Program-made: the position numbers and the translations under genes | Source: Clostridia bacterium | GTDB taxonomy: Bacteria; Bacillota; Clostridia; Christensenellales; Borkfalkiaceae | Length of the DNA stretch: 64,000 nt | Reading direction: 5' to 3' | Assembly: GCA_017467275.1 (NCBI GenBank) | Contig: JAFTSN010000028.1 | Span: forward strand, 45,608-109,607 | Notes under the pieces: generated by a model | What the model was told of the DNA's origin: nothing | The model's database searches: none | Seen by the model: only the letters and a program-made list of their open reading frames with translations | In this document: positions 35,082 through 44,432 of the stretch, one piece after another | Position numbering within the stretch: the first letter of the stretch is position 1 | Layout of the letters: each line of letters begins with the position of its first letter

Positions 35082-35921
35082 ATGTATCCTTATGCAATTT
35101 TGAAAATCGGCGGCGAGGGAATTTTGTATTTTTACGATCTGTTTCTCGCGATCGGCGTGATTGCTGCGTTGCTTTTGGCTGACCGTATGACGGTGAAGCG
35201 CGGCTTTTCCGTCACGCTTCAACGGCTCGTGATTGTGTGCGTGGTTGCGGCGGTTGTGCTCGGTTACGGTGCGGCGGTGCTCTTTCAGGCGGTCTATAAT
35301 TACCTCGGGGATCCTGCCTCGGGATTTCGGATCGATTCGGACACGGGCGCGACCTTTCAAGGCGGCTTGATCGGCGGCGCGCTCACTTACGTTCTCGTTT
35401 ATTTTATCGGCGGGAAATATCTCTGCAAGGACGGCGAGGAGAAAAAGCGGTTTCCCGATATGCTTGATATCGCGGCGGTGTGTATCCCGCTTGCGCACGC
35501 GTTCGGGCGGCTCGGGTGCCTGTTCGGCGGTTGTTGCCACGGCGCGGAGACGGACGCTTGGTATGGGATAACCATGATTGATCAGGGCGTGAAAGTGGTG
35601 CCCGTTCAGCTTTTTGAGAGTCTGTTTTTATTTGCGCTTTCGGGCGGGCTCATCGCGCTCTTTTTCAAAAATACGGGGGATAAAAAATTTCCGCTCATGC
35701 CCGTTTACTGCGTGGGCTACGGCATTTGGCGTTTCTTTATCGAGTTTGCCCGTGCGGACGATCGCGGGGCAACGGTCATTCCCTTTTTGACTCCCTCCCA
35801 GCTTATTTCTCTCATCATGTTTTTGATTGGCGTCGGCTATTTTGCGCTTTGGTTTTTCAAGCTCCGCAAAAAGGCTTCCGCGCCTTGCGAAACGGCAGAG
35901 GAGGAGCTTAATAAGGAGTAA
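35082..35921 (+). CDS. lgt: Prolipoprotein diacylglyceryl transferase
   Basis: Motif HAFGRLGCLFGGCCHG in a polytopic protein. Confidence 0.92.
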   Translation: MYPYAILKIGGEGILYFYDLFLAIGVIAALLLADRMTVKRGFSVTLQRLVIVCVVAAVVLGYGAAVLFQAVYNYLGDPASGFRIDSDTGATFQGGLIGGALTYVLVYFIGGKYLCKDGEEKKRFPDMLDIAAVCIPLAHAFGRLGCLFGGCCHGAETDAWYGITMIDQGVKVVPVQLFESLFLFALSGGLIALFFKNTGDKKFPLMPVYCVGYGIWRFFIEFARADDRGATVIPFLTPSQLISLIMFLIGVGYFALWFFKLRKKASAPCETAEEELNKE

Positions 35922-36004
35922 ATGAAAAAAACGAACGGTAAATGATAGAATTAAGCCCAAATTTTTGTTAGCTTCACAAATAAATAATTGTCCCTTTACG
36001 CCAA

Positions 36005-36054
36005 GCGGAAAAATGTTTTTTACCATTGACATTTTTCCGCTTTTATGATATAAT
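36005..36054 (+). promoter_or_regulatory. galKT promoter with an 11-bp perfect inverted repeat spanning the -35 box
   Basis: TTGACA (36026-36031), a 17-nt spacer and TATAAT (36049-36054). Inverted repeat arms are GCGGAAAAATG (36005-36015) and CATTTTTCCGC (36030-36040). Confidence 0.55.
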
Positions 36055-36111
36055 CATAAACGTAGAAAACCGCACGGTCGGTAACGATAAAAAGAAACGG
36101 AGGAAGCAATC

Positions 36112-37269
36112 ATGTTGCAGACAGAAGCGCAAAAGCTCTTTGAGGAATTATACGGCAAAAAGGCGGAGGACCTGTTTACAGCGGCGGGCAGAATCAACGT
36201 CATCGGCGAGCACGTCGATTATTGCGGGGGAAAGGTGTTCCCTGCTGCGTTGAATCTGCGTTGCAACGTCTATGGCAGAAAGAACGGGGAAAACGTCATC
36301 CGCGTTGCCGCCAGCGACTTTAAGGAGGTTGTCACGCTCGAGATCGATAAGCTCGACTCCTATAAAAACCTCAAATGGGGGAACTATCAGGCAGGCGTTG
36401 CATATTATCTTCAGGAGAGCGGTACGCCCATGGTCGGCTGTGACCTTCTCTATGATTGCACGGTGCCGTTCGGCAGCGGGCTTTCCTCTTCGGCGGCAAT
36501 CGAGGTTTCGACGGCGGTTGCTTTGAGCGAATATGCGGGTGTGAGCTATGATAAAGTTCAGCTCGCCCTCATTTCCCAGCGCGCGGAGAACAAATATGCG
36601 GGTGTGAACTGCGGCATCATGGACCAATTCGCTTCCGCGATGGGGAAAAAGGAGCATGCAATCTTGCTTGATTGCTCTAGCCTTGAATATGAATACGTGC
36701 CTTTGAAATTGGGCGACTATTGCCTTGTCGTTGCCAACTGTAACAAGCCTCATAATCTTGTAGAGAGCAAGTATAACGTCCGTCGTCACGAGGTGGAAAC
36801 GGCGCTTAAAGCCATTCGCAAGGTCAAGGACGTGAGTTGTCTTGCCGAGCTTACCCCCAAGGAATTCAACGAGGTCAAATACCTCCTTTCGGGTGTGGTT
36901 GCCAAGCGTGCGGAGCACGTGGTTATGGAATGTCAGCGCGTGAAAGAGGCGGTTGAGGCGTTGAAGAGCGGCGATCTCGTTGAGCTTGGCAGACTTTTGA
37001 ATGAAAGCCATTATAGCTTGCGCGATCTTTACGAGGTCACGGGCAAGGAGCTCGATATGCTCTCCGAGCTTGCGAGAAAGGAGACCTGCTGCCTTGGCTC
37101 CCGCATGATCGGCGCGGGTTTCGGCGGGTGCACGATTTCCATTGTTAAAAAGGACGCGGTGGAGGGCTTTATCAGCCGTGTCGATAGAGCGTATTATAGC
37201 GCAATCGGCTACCGTGCAAGCTTCTATGAAACCTCTGTGGAGGACGGCGTGACCGTGCAAAAATTATGA
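36112..37269 (+). CDS. galK: Galactokinase
   Basis: Signature GEHVDYCGG and GHMP motif GSGLSSSAA. Confidence 0.95.
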   Translation: MLQTEAQKLFEELYGKKAEDLFTAAGRINVIGEHVDYCGGKVFPAALNLRCNVYGRKNGENVIRVAASDFKEVVTLEIDKLDSYKNLKWGNYQAGVAYYLQESGTPMVGCDLLYDCTVPFGSGLSSSAAIEVSTAVALSEYAGVSYDKVQLALISQRAENKYAGVNCGIMDQFASAMGKKEHAILLDCSSLEYEYVPLKLGDYCLVVANCNKPHNLVESKYNVRRHEVETALKAIRKVKDVSCLAELTPKEFNEVKYLLSGVVAKRAEHVVMECQRVKEAVEALKSGDLVELGRLLNESHYSLRDLYEVTGKELDMLSELARKETCCLGSRMIGAGFGGCTISIVKKDAVEGFISRVDRAYYSAIGYRASFYETSVEDGVTVQKL

Positions 37270-38765
37270 TTAACCAACCCTTGTCCGACCTTTTGGCGTA
37301 TGCAAAGCTCCACCTCGGTTTCAACGAGGCGGACGAGACCTACACCGCCAATATACTTATGGAAAAGCTCGGGCTTCCCGACTACGAGCCCTGTTGGGTA
37401 AACGCACGCAAAATCCAGAATTTGCGTAGTCCCGACGCGGTGCTTGCGCCCGTTCTCGCCTATGCGAAAGCACAGGGAATCGTGGAGGACGGCGAGGAGG
37501 AGTTTTTCACTTCCGAAATTCTCGATATTCTTTCGCCCAGACCTTCCGAGGCGCGCGCCGTTTTTAACGCAAAATATGAAAACAGTCCCGCGGCGGCTTT
37601 CGATTATCTTTATGATCTTGGCGTGAAAAACGATTACGTCAAGCTCTCCGCGATCGAGCGGAACCGTTGCTGGACGGCAGAAACGACCAAAAATAAGATC
37701 GAGATTACGATCAATTTAAGCAAGCCCGAGAAAAATAACAAACTCACGGCGAAGCTGAAAAACGTCGCAACAGGATACCCAAAGTGCATGCTTTGCCGAG
37801 AAAACGTCGGTTACGTCGGTCAAGGCAGGACTCGCCGCAATATGCGGACGGTGCCCTTAACGCTCGCGGGTGAAAGCTGGTTTTGGCAGTATTCCCCCTA
37901 TGCGTATTTCCATCAGCACGGAATTGCGATCAACGAAAAGCACACGCCCATGGTTTTGGACGGCAAGACGTTTGAAAAACTTCTCGATTTCGTGGATTAT
38001 GCGCCGCAGTTTTTTATCGGCTCCAATGCGCCGTTGCCCATTGTGGGCGGCAGCATTCTTGCACACGAGCATTTTCAGGGCGGAAACCACGTGTTCCCGA
38101 TGTTCAAGGCGCCTGTGCGCCGTGAGCTCGTGTCCCCCGTCGAGGGCGTTGAGGCGTGTATTATCGATTGGTACAACAGCGTGGTGCTCTTGACAAGCGA
38201 AGATAAATTCGCTGTCGTTACCGCCGCAGAAAAGATTCTTTCCGCTTGGGTGGGTTATTCGGATGAATCTGTCGGGCTTATTGCCGAGACGGACGCGCCG
38301 CACAACACGCTTGCACCGATTGCAAGAAAGGTGGACGGGAAATATAACCTCTACTTGCTTTTGCGCAACAACCGTTGCGACGAGGCACATCCCGACGGCA
38401 TTTTCCACGCGCATAAGGAATATCACAACATTAAGAGTGAATCGATCGGCTTGATCGAGGCAATGGGTCGTTTTATTCTGCCCGGGCGGTTAGACCGTCA
38501 GCTTAAAGAGGTGGAAAAATTCCTGACGGGTGAGAACACGGAAATCACCGAGGATCTTGCGTTGCATGCAGACATGGTGGCGTCTCTCTTGAAAGAATAC
38601 GGCAATAATCTCACGTCGGACGCCGCGCGCGAGGTTGTGAAAGAACGGGTGGAGAGCGTTTGCGAAAACATTCTTTTGAACACCGCAGTGTTTAAATGCG
38701 ACCGTCACGGCGAAGCTGCTTTCCTGCGCTTTTTGGAAACTTGCGGCTACACCCCCGCCAATTAA
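37266..38765 (+). CDS. galT: UDP-glucose--hexose-1-phosphate uridylyltransferase (type 2 GalT)
   Basis: About 500-aa Gram-positive-type GalT with ILAHEHFQGG. The ATGA overlaps the galK stop. Confidence 0.9.
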   Translation: MINQPLSDLLAYAKLHLGFNEADETYTANILMEKLGLPDYEPCWVNARKIQNLRSPDAVLAPVLAYAKAQGIVEDGEEEFFTSEILDILSPRPSEARAVFNAKYENSPAAAFDYLYDLGVKNDYVKLSAIERNRCWTAETTKNKIEITINLSKPEKNNKLTAKLKNVATGYPKCMLCRENVGYVGQGRTRRNMRTVPLTLAGESWFWQYSPYAYFHQHGIAINEKHTPMVLDGKTFEKLLDFVDYAPQFFIGSNAPLPIVGGSILAHEHFQGGNHVFPMFKAPVRRELVSPVEGVEACIIDWYNSVVLLTSEDKFAVVTAAEKILSAWVGYSDESVGLIAETDAPHNTLAPIARKVDGKYNLYLLLRNNRCDEAHPDGIFHAHKEYHNIKSESIGLIEAMGRFILPGRLDRQLKEVEKFLTGENTEITEDLALHADMVASLLKEYGNNLTSDAAREVVKERVESVCENILLNTAVFKCDRHGEAAFLRFLETCGYTPAN

Positions 38766-38772
38766 AATTCTT

Positions 38773-38805
38773 GCCCGCCGTTTGATAAAAACGCGCGGGC
38801 TTTTT
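38773..38805 (+). terminator. Intrinsic terminator after galT
   Basis: Stem gcccgc / gcgggc followed by TTTTT. Confidence 0.55.
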
Positions 38806-39093
38806 GCTTTTATTCTCGCCAAAGCATTCCATGTTTCAAGCAATCCATCGCATATTACGACAGGGGTTTTGATCATTCTCGATTTTTTTCGACAAGAGAT
38901 ACCGCATAAAAATTTTTTATCGAAAAACAGGTGTTTTTATCGAAAAACGTATGCCCGACGGTGCATACGAGAGAAAACCGCTTAAAAACAATGCCGAAAC
39001 AGCGGGAAATAGGGGGAATTTCGTCGCATTTTTGCGCCCGCATATGCGGTTTGGCACAGACGAAAAAATTAAAAAAAGAGGAGGAAAAAAACC

Positions 39094-40590
39094 TTGAAAT
39101 ACATATTATCGCTCGATCAGGGCACGACGTCCTCGCGCGCCGCGCTTGTGGACGAACGGGGGAAGCTCGTTTCTATTTTAAACCGCGAATTTCCGCAGAT
39201 TTACCCCCAAGAGGGCTGGGTAGAGCACGACCCTATGGATATTTGGTCGAGTCAATACGGCGTGATGATGGAGGTTGTCGCAAAGAGCGGCGTAAAAATC
39301 GAGGATATTGCGGGGATCGGGATTACCAATCAACGCGAAACGACGATTGTCTGGGAAAAGGCGACGGGAAAGCCCGTCTATAACGCAATCGTTTGGCAAT
39401 GCCGCCGCACCGCGCCCATCATCGCGAAAATAGAGGCGGCGGGCAAGCGCGATATGATCGTTCAAAAGACAGGGCTTGTGCCCGACGCGTATTTTTCCGC
39501 AAGCAAGCTTCAATGGATTCTCGACACCGTTGAGGGCGCGCGGGAGAGAGCCGAGCGCGGCGAGCTTTTGTTTGGCACGGTGGACACGTGGCTAGTTTGG
39601 AAGCTGACGAACGGCAGGACGCACGTGACCGATCGCACCAACGCTTCGCGGACCATGCTTTTCAATATCCAAACCATGGATTGGGACGAGGAACTCTTAT
39701 CCCTCTTTCATATTCCCCGTGCGATGCTTCCTAAAATTTGCAGCTCGGGCGAGGTCTACGGCACGGCAAACGTGGGGGGCATGTCCTTGCCTATTGCGGG
39801 AATTGCGGGCGATCAACAGGCGGCGCTGTTCGGTCAGGGCTGTTTTGAAAAGGGAGAGGCAAAGAACACCTACGGCACGGGCTGTTTCCTGCTTATGAAC
39901 ACGGGTAACGCCCGTCCCGTGAGCAAAAACGGGCTTTTAACGACGGTCGCGGCAACCCTTAAGGGCGAAGCTGCGCAATACGCGCTCGAGGGCAGCGTGT
40001 TTATCGGCGGGGCGGTCATTCAATGGCTCCGCGACGAAATGCGGTTTTTGAGCGAAAGCCGCGACGCGGAGTACTACGCACAAAAGGTTAAGGACACGGG
40101 CGGAGTCTATCTTGTTCCCGCATTTACGGGCATAGGCGCACCCTATTGGGATATGTATGCCCGCGGCACGATTGTGGGTATCACGCGTGGCACCAAGCGC
40201 GAGCACATCATTCGCGCGGCGCAAGAATCGATCGCTTATCAATCCGCCGATTTGGTTTCGGCGATGGAAAAGGACACAGGCTTAACCTTGCAAAGTTTGA
40301 AAGTGGACGGCGGGGCTTCCCGTGACAGCTTCTTAATGCAGTTTCAAGCCGACATTTTAGGAAAAACGACCGTTCGCCCGTCTGTTCATGAAACGACGGC
40401 TTTAGGCGCGGCGTTGCTCGCAGGGCTTGCCGTGGGCGTATGGCGGGATAAAGCCGAGGTTAAGCGGTTATGGGAAGCGGAGCGGACTTACACTCCCGCA
40501 ATGAGCGAGGCTGAAAGGACGAAAAAGCTCAATCTTTGGCACCGCGCCGTCTCATGCAGTTTAGGCTGGGCAAAGGACACCGATAATTAA
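39094..40590 (+). CDS. glpK: Glycerol kinase
   Basis: Motif [12 protein letters not shown] and full-length FGGY kinase. The TTG start follows GAGGAGG. Confidence 0.93.
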   Translation: MKYILSLDQGTTSSRAALVDERGKLVSILNREFPQIYPQEGWVEHDPMDIWSSQYGVMMEVVAKSGVKIEDIAGIGITNQRETTIVWEKATGKPVYNAIVWQCRRTAPIIAKIEAAGKRDMIVQKTGLVPDAYFSASKLQWILDTVEGARERAERGELLFGTVDTWLVWKLTNGRTHVTDRTNASRTMLFNIQTMDWDEELLSLFHIPRAMLPKICSSGEVYGTANVGGMSLPIAGIAGDQQAALFGQGCFEKGEAKNTYGTGCFLLMNTGNARPVSKNGLLTTVAATLKGEAAQYALEGSVFIGGAVIQWLRDEMRFLSESRDAEYYAQKVKDTGGVYLVPAFTGIGAPYWDMYARGTIVGITRGTKREHIIRAAQESIAYQSADLVSAMEKDTGLTLQSLKVDGGASRDSFLMQFQADILGKTTVRPSVHETTALGAALLAGLAVGVWRDKAEVKRLWEAERTYTPAMSEAERTKKLNLWHRAVSCSLGWAKDTDN

Positions 40591-40699
40591 GGGGCAAAGA
40601 GAACCCGATTGTGGGTTGTAAAGGACGGGTTGCCTGTTAAGAAAACCGTCGTGCGGATAAGAACGCAGAAAATTACCATATATAAAGACTCTGCTCAAG

Positions 40700-40746
40700 A
40701 TGATATGCACCCCAAAAGTTTGTCTAACTTTTGGGGTGCATATCAT
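40700..40746. repeat. Perfect 21-bp inverted repeat with a 5-nt loop
   Basis: atgatatgcaccccaaaagtt (40700-20), loop tgtct, then aacttttggggtgcatatcat (40726-46). No flanking T-run is present. Confidence 0.8.
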
Positions 40747-40895
40747 TCTTCGCTTATCTTTTTGTATTCTCGCGCGCAGTTTGCGGCAAAGCCATCAAAC
40801 GCGCCGTAGCCTCCGCAATAAAATTCCACGGTCTCGCCTTTTAACATACATTTTAAAAAATTGACAAACTTGCTTTTAAATTTATCTCCGCCCAT
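40743..40895 (-). pseudogene. Possible 5' remnant of a SLOG/DUF1273-like gene (50 codons)
   Basis: Translation is MGGDKFKSKFVNFLKCMLKGETVEFYCGGYGAFDGFAANCAREYKKISEE. The GG-x-G-x-D-x-x-A pattern resembles the start of SLOG-type Rossmann domains. The stop lies inside the 21-bp hairpin. Confidence 0.25.
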
Positions 40896-41075
40896 AAAAT
40901 CCCTGTGTCCAAAAAAAGCAATAATTATTTACGCCCGCTCCTTATTTTGTAATCGCACTTTTAGTATATCATGAATCAACTTAAAAAGCAAATATATACG
41001 GAGATATAAATCCGTATATTTCTAAATTTTTTTGGTAAACTATTATGCAGATATACCTGCATACGAGGTGCGTTA

Positions 41076-41321
41076 ATGACGGTTTGCCAAGCTGTTTCAA
41101 AAAGGATAAAGGACCTTTTGAAAGAAAAGAGAATGACCCAATACCGTTTGGAAAAGAAATCTAACGTTTTACATGGAAGCCTAAATTGTATTATGCGCTG
41201 TAAAAATAAAACGGTAAATTTAAACACTATTATGATGATCGCCAAGGGGTTCGATATGTCCGTTCTGGAATTTTTGAACGACCCTGTTTTCTTCTCGGAG
41301 GAGTTAGAGATAGAATACTGA
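41076..41321 (+). CDS. XRE-family HTH protein (81 aa) in an AT-rich islet
   Basis: Motif MTQYRLEKKSNVLHGSLNCIMRCKNKTVNLNTIMMIAKGF, with a GAGGTG RBS. Confidence 0.7.
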   Translation: MTVCQAVSKRIKDLLKEKRMTQYRLEKKSNVLHGSLNCIMRCKNKTVNLNTIMMIAKGFDMSVLEFLNDPVFFSEELEIEY

Positions 41322-41377
41322 AAATATAACGACCCGCCCCGCTTGCAAACGCAAGCGGGGCGGGCGTTATATTTTCA
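41321..41377. terminator. Long bidirectional terminator hairpin
   Basis: aaaatataacgacccgccccgcttgc, loop aaac, then gcaagcggggcgggcgttatatttt. The stem is about 25 bp with one bulge. Confidence 0.8.
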
Positions 41378-41394
41378 GCGTGCCGTGTAATCGA

Positions 41395-41937
41395 TTAAAG
41401 AATAGGAATGGTTTTTAAGTACACAACGTCGGTGCGGTTTGCCGCGTCGCCCTCGGCGAGAACGAACGCTTTTTTCTGTATGGTCCCGCCCGCTTTTTCC
41501 ACCAGGGCTTCCAGTCCCGAAAGCGAAGCGCCCGTGGAGATCACGTCGTCCACGATTCCCACGCGCTTGCCTTTTATCAGTGAAACGTCGTGTTTGGATA
41601 GATACAGCTTTTGTTCCTTACCCGTTGTGATCGAGGACTCGATATCCACCTCGATACCGTCCTGCATATAAAGCTTTTTGCTCTTTCTTGCAACTGCGTA
41701 GTAGTGCTGACCCAGCTCCCGCGCCACACAGTGGGCGAGCTGTAAGCCCTTGGATTCTGCGGTTAAAATAATTTCGCAGTCCGTGAGCTTTTCCGCGAGC
41801 TGTTTTGCGCAGTGCTCGGTAAGCTCACTGTTGCCGTGCAGATTAAAAAAACAGATCTTGATGCCGCTGGGCAGGGGCAGAACGGGCAGCTCTGCCTTGT
41901 AGCCGTCAAAATCTACAACGTAAATTTCGTTATCCAT
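41395..41937 (-). CDS. Phosphoribosyltransferase-family protein (Apt/PurR-effector-domain-like)
   Basis: PRPP-binding motif VGIVDDVISTGASL, 180 aa. Confidence 0.7.
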   Translation of the reverse strand: MDNEIYVVDFDGYKAELPVLPLPSGIKICFFNLHGNSELTEHCAKQLAEKLTDCEIILTAESKGLQLAHCVARELGQHYYAVARKSKKLYMQDGIEVDIESSITTGKEQKLYLSKHDVSLIKGKRVGIVDDVISTGASLSGLEALVEKAGGTIQKKAFVLAEGDAANRTDVVYLKTIPIL

Positions 41938-42090
41938 ATAAGTATACCCCTTTCGGCGAGAAATTTCGCTTACACATTTATTGTATCACAACAAACGGGA
42001 AATGTAAACGGAAAAAGGCAAAAAAATTTTTCTTTTTTTGAGTTTTCAATAAAAGCCGATAAAGAAGGAATAACGAAGCGGGCGCGTGCG

Positions 42091-42119
42091 TTGACTTTTT
42101 TTTGTTCATGTGCTACAAT
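42091..42119 (+). promoter_or_regulatory. recX-birA promoter
   Basis: TTGACT (42091-42096), a 17-nt spacer and TACAAT (42114-42119). Confidence 0.55.
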
Positions 42120-42144
42120 ATAAGAAAAAAGCGAGGGAAGCAGT

Positions 42145-42762
42145 TTGAGCGAGATTACGGCAATCACACCGCAAATTAAGGATAAAAGACGTTGCAACGT
42201 CTACGTGGATGGCAGATTTTACTGCGGTCTGACGCTCGAAGCGGCGATCAAAAACCGACTTAAGGTGGGGCAGACGGTGGACGGAGCGTTTTTGTCTGCT
42301 ATTCAGCTTGAAAGTGAAAAATCGACCGCTCTCGATAAGGCGCTCACCCATATTTCCGCAACGCGCAAGACCGAGCGTGAGATTCGCAAATATCTCGCGG
42401 ATAAGGGGTATCTGCCCGCCGTTTGCGACTACGTGGTGGAAAAGATGTTAGGTTACGGCTTTATAGACGACGGCGCCTATGCCCGCGAGTATACGGAAGC
42501 GGCAGCGAAGAAAAAGGGCAGACGGCTGATCAGAGCAGAGCTCAAGCAAAAGGGAATTTCCGACGAGGAGATCGGGGAAGCCACCGAGGAGATCGAGGGT
42601 GAGGAGGAGACGGCAAAGCGGTTGCTGGAAAAATATTTAAGGGGTAAGGCGCTCGATAGGGGCAATCTTCAAAAGGGCTTTCGCTATTTGATCGGCAAGG
42701 GCTTTGAATACGAAACGGCGCGCCGTGCCATCGCCGCCTTGGGGGAGGTTGAGGACGAATGA
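42145..42762 (+). CDS. recX: Recombination regulator RecX
   Basis: Motif RCNVYVDGRFYCGLTLEAAIKNRL and repeated three-helix modules. The start is TTG. Confidence 0.8.
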   Translation: MSEITAITPQIKDKRRCNVYVDGRFYCGLTLEAAIKNRLKVGQTVDGAFLSAIQLESEKSTALDKALTHISATRKTEREIRKYLADKGYLPAVCDYVVEKMLGYGFIDDGAYAREYTEAAAKKKGRRLIRAELKQKGISDEEIGEATEEIEGEEETAKRLLEKYLRGKALDRGNLQKGFRYLIGKGFEYETARRAIAALGEVEDE

Positions 42763-43442
42763 AAATTTTGCGCTTTGACGAGATAGAATCGACGAATACG
42801 TATGCCAAAACGCTGCTTTCGGGGGGCGAGGACGCGTTGATTATCGCCGAAAGACAGACGGGCGGCAGGGGCACCAAGGGCAGGAGCTTTTGCTCAAACG
42901 AGGGGGGCGTGTACGTGACGAAACTCACTTTTCACGCCGATTTTTCCGCGCGGGACGCATTTAAGATCATGGCAAACGCCGCGACGGCGGTCTGCACCGT
43001 TTTGGAACGGTTTTCCTTGACACCTTGCATCAAATGGGCGAACGACGTGTTTGTGAACGATCGAAAAATTTGCGGAATTTTGATCGAAAATACCCTTGCG
43101 GGGGAACATATAGCCGCTTCCATCGTCGGGATTGGGTTGAACGTGAACAACGAACTGCCCGAGGCGCTCAAAAATATCGGAATCAGTATGCGTGAGGCGG
43201 CAGGAACGGCGTTTGATAAGGCGGCAGTGGAGGCGGCGCTGATAGAGGCGCTTGAACGGGAATACACCGTGAAAGAATATATATCCCGCGTGGGGTATTT
43301 AAACCGCAAGATCACGCTTATCGAGGGAGATAAACGCACACCTGCCTATGCCCTTTCCGTCACGGAGCGAGGAGAGCTTATCGTGAAAACCGCGGACGGC
43401 GTGAGAAAAATCGCGGTGGGCGAGGTGTCTATTCAAAAATAA
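42759..43442 (+). CDS. birA: Biotin--[acetyl-CoA-carboxylase] ligase (class I, no HTH)
   Basis: Motifs GRGTKGRSF and KWANDVFVNDRKICGILIE. Confidence 0.85.
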   Translation: MKILRFDEIESTNTYAKTLLSGGEDALIIAERQTGGRGTKGRSFCSNEGGVYVTKLTFHADFSARDAFKIMANAATAVCTVLERFSLTPCIKWANDVFVNDRKICGILIENTLAGEHIAASIVGIGLNVNNELPEALKNIGISMREAAGTAFDKAAVEAALIEALEREYTVKEYISRVGYLNRKITLIEGDKRTPAYALSVTERGELIVKTADGVRKIAVGEVSIQK

Positions 43443-43451
43443 AAGGCGTTT

Positions 43452-44357
43452 TTAACGGTAGCCGAAGATGCGGACGAGGACGGCGGAGGAGAGCAAGATG
43501 CCGCCGAAAATGAGATAGTAAAGGGGAAACGGTGTGATCAGTGAGGTCAAAAGGAGCATGACGCCGCCTACGAAAAAGGCGCGGGCGTTGTTTTTTCCGA
43601 ACCACAGCCGTTTTTTTCGTTCCATTTTTGCCGCGGGGGCGGCGGTGGGCTCGTATTCATAGTGTTCGGGCAAAAACGAAAAATCCTTTAAAAGGGAATA
43701 AATTTTGCCTCCCGCTTCGGTTTGTATGCAAAAACTTTCCGCGAGCTTTTTTGCCTCGGGCGAGAGATCGGAGCAGAATAAAAACTTTTTCTTTTTCGTG
43801 CTCACACGAATGATCTCGGCGATCAAGTCCCCGTCGGCGGGGCGCATAGTGAACACGGGAAATACGAGCGCGGATGGGGTCTCGATCGCGTAAAGCCCCG
43901 AGATTGTGCGTAGTTTATATTCTTTTCCGATTTCGTTTTCCCTCGGTTTCTCTATTCTGTCCTCGATCGAAAGGCATTGACCCACGCCCGAGGGCGGGGG
44001 CAGGCGGGTCGCTTGGGCGGGCGTTTTTGCTTCGGGGAAGTGAAGTGGGTTTTTAGAAACAAATTCGGGCAACGTGAACAGCGCGCGGAAATATTCGGCG
44101 TTGCGCTTATCCGAGCTCAATGCAAGCTGAAGAAAGAGCTTTTGACTTTCCGCGTCTTCCTTTTGCTTTCTTTTTGCTTTCGTGCGTTTCTTATCGAGCA
44201 GAAGATAGACGGGCGCGGAGACAAGCACTCCGAGCGCGGCGGCAAAAAGGAGAGAAGCGGGGAGAGTCAGCCGTAGGTATCGAAGCAGACACAGCGTGAC
44301 GATAAAGGTCGAGAAAAAGGCAAAAAGAAGATCGGAAATAAAGGCGGATTTTTTCAT
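43452..44357 (-). CDS. Hypothetical membrane protein (2 N-terminal and 2 C-terminal TM segments, central soluble domain)
   Basis: Hydrophobic segments at both ends and a basic linker KKRTKAKRKQKED. I recognise no family. Confidence 0.5.
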   Translation of the reverse strand: MKKSAFISDLLFAFFSTFIVTLCLLRYLRLTLPASLLFAAALGVLVSAPVYLLLDKKRTKAKRKQKEDAESQKLFLQLALSSDKRNAEYFRALFTLPEFVSKNPLHFPEAKTPAQATRLPPPSGVGQCLSIEDRIEKPRENEIGKEYKLRTISGLYAIETPSALVFPVFTMRPADGDLIAEIIRVSTKKKKFLFCSDLSPEAKKLAESFCIQTEAGGKIYSLLKDFSFLPEHYEYEPTAAPAAKMERKKRLWFGKNNARAFFVGGVMLLLTSLITPFPLYYLIFGGILLSSAVLVRIFGYR

Positions 44358-44392
44358 ATTCGATATTTTTGACGAAAAACACCCCGTTTAAA

Positions 44393-44421
44393 CTTGAAAA
44401 AAGCGGAATTTTGCGCTATAA
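44393..44421 (+). promoter_or_regulatory. nadD promoter placed 11 nt upstream of the ATG
   Basis: TTGAAA (44393-44398), a 17-nt spacer and TATAAT (44416-44421). ATG is at 44433 with no SD between. Confidence 0.55.
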
Positions 44422-44432
44422 TAAAGATAGGC

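Noticed and set aside
36148-37260. 370-aa minus-strand ORF antisense to galK
   Set aside because: It fully overlaps a clear galactokinase and has shadow-ORF composition with no independent signals.
38931-39383. 150-aa plus-strand ORF overlapping the glpK start
   Set aside because: It is out of frame with, and overlapped by, a full-length glycerol kinase. It has no RBS, and its upstream part is repeat-rich leader.
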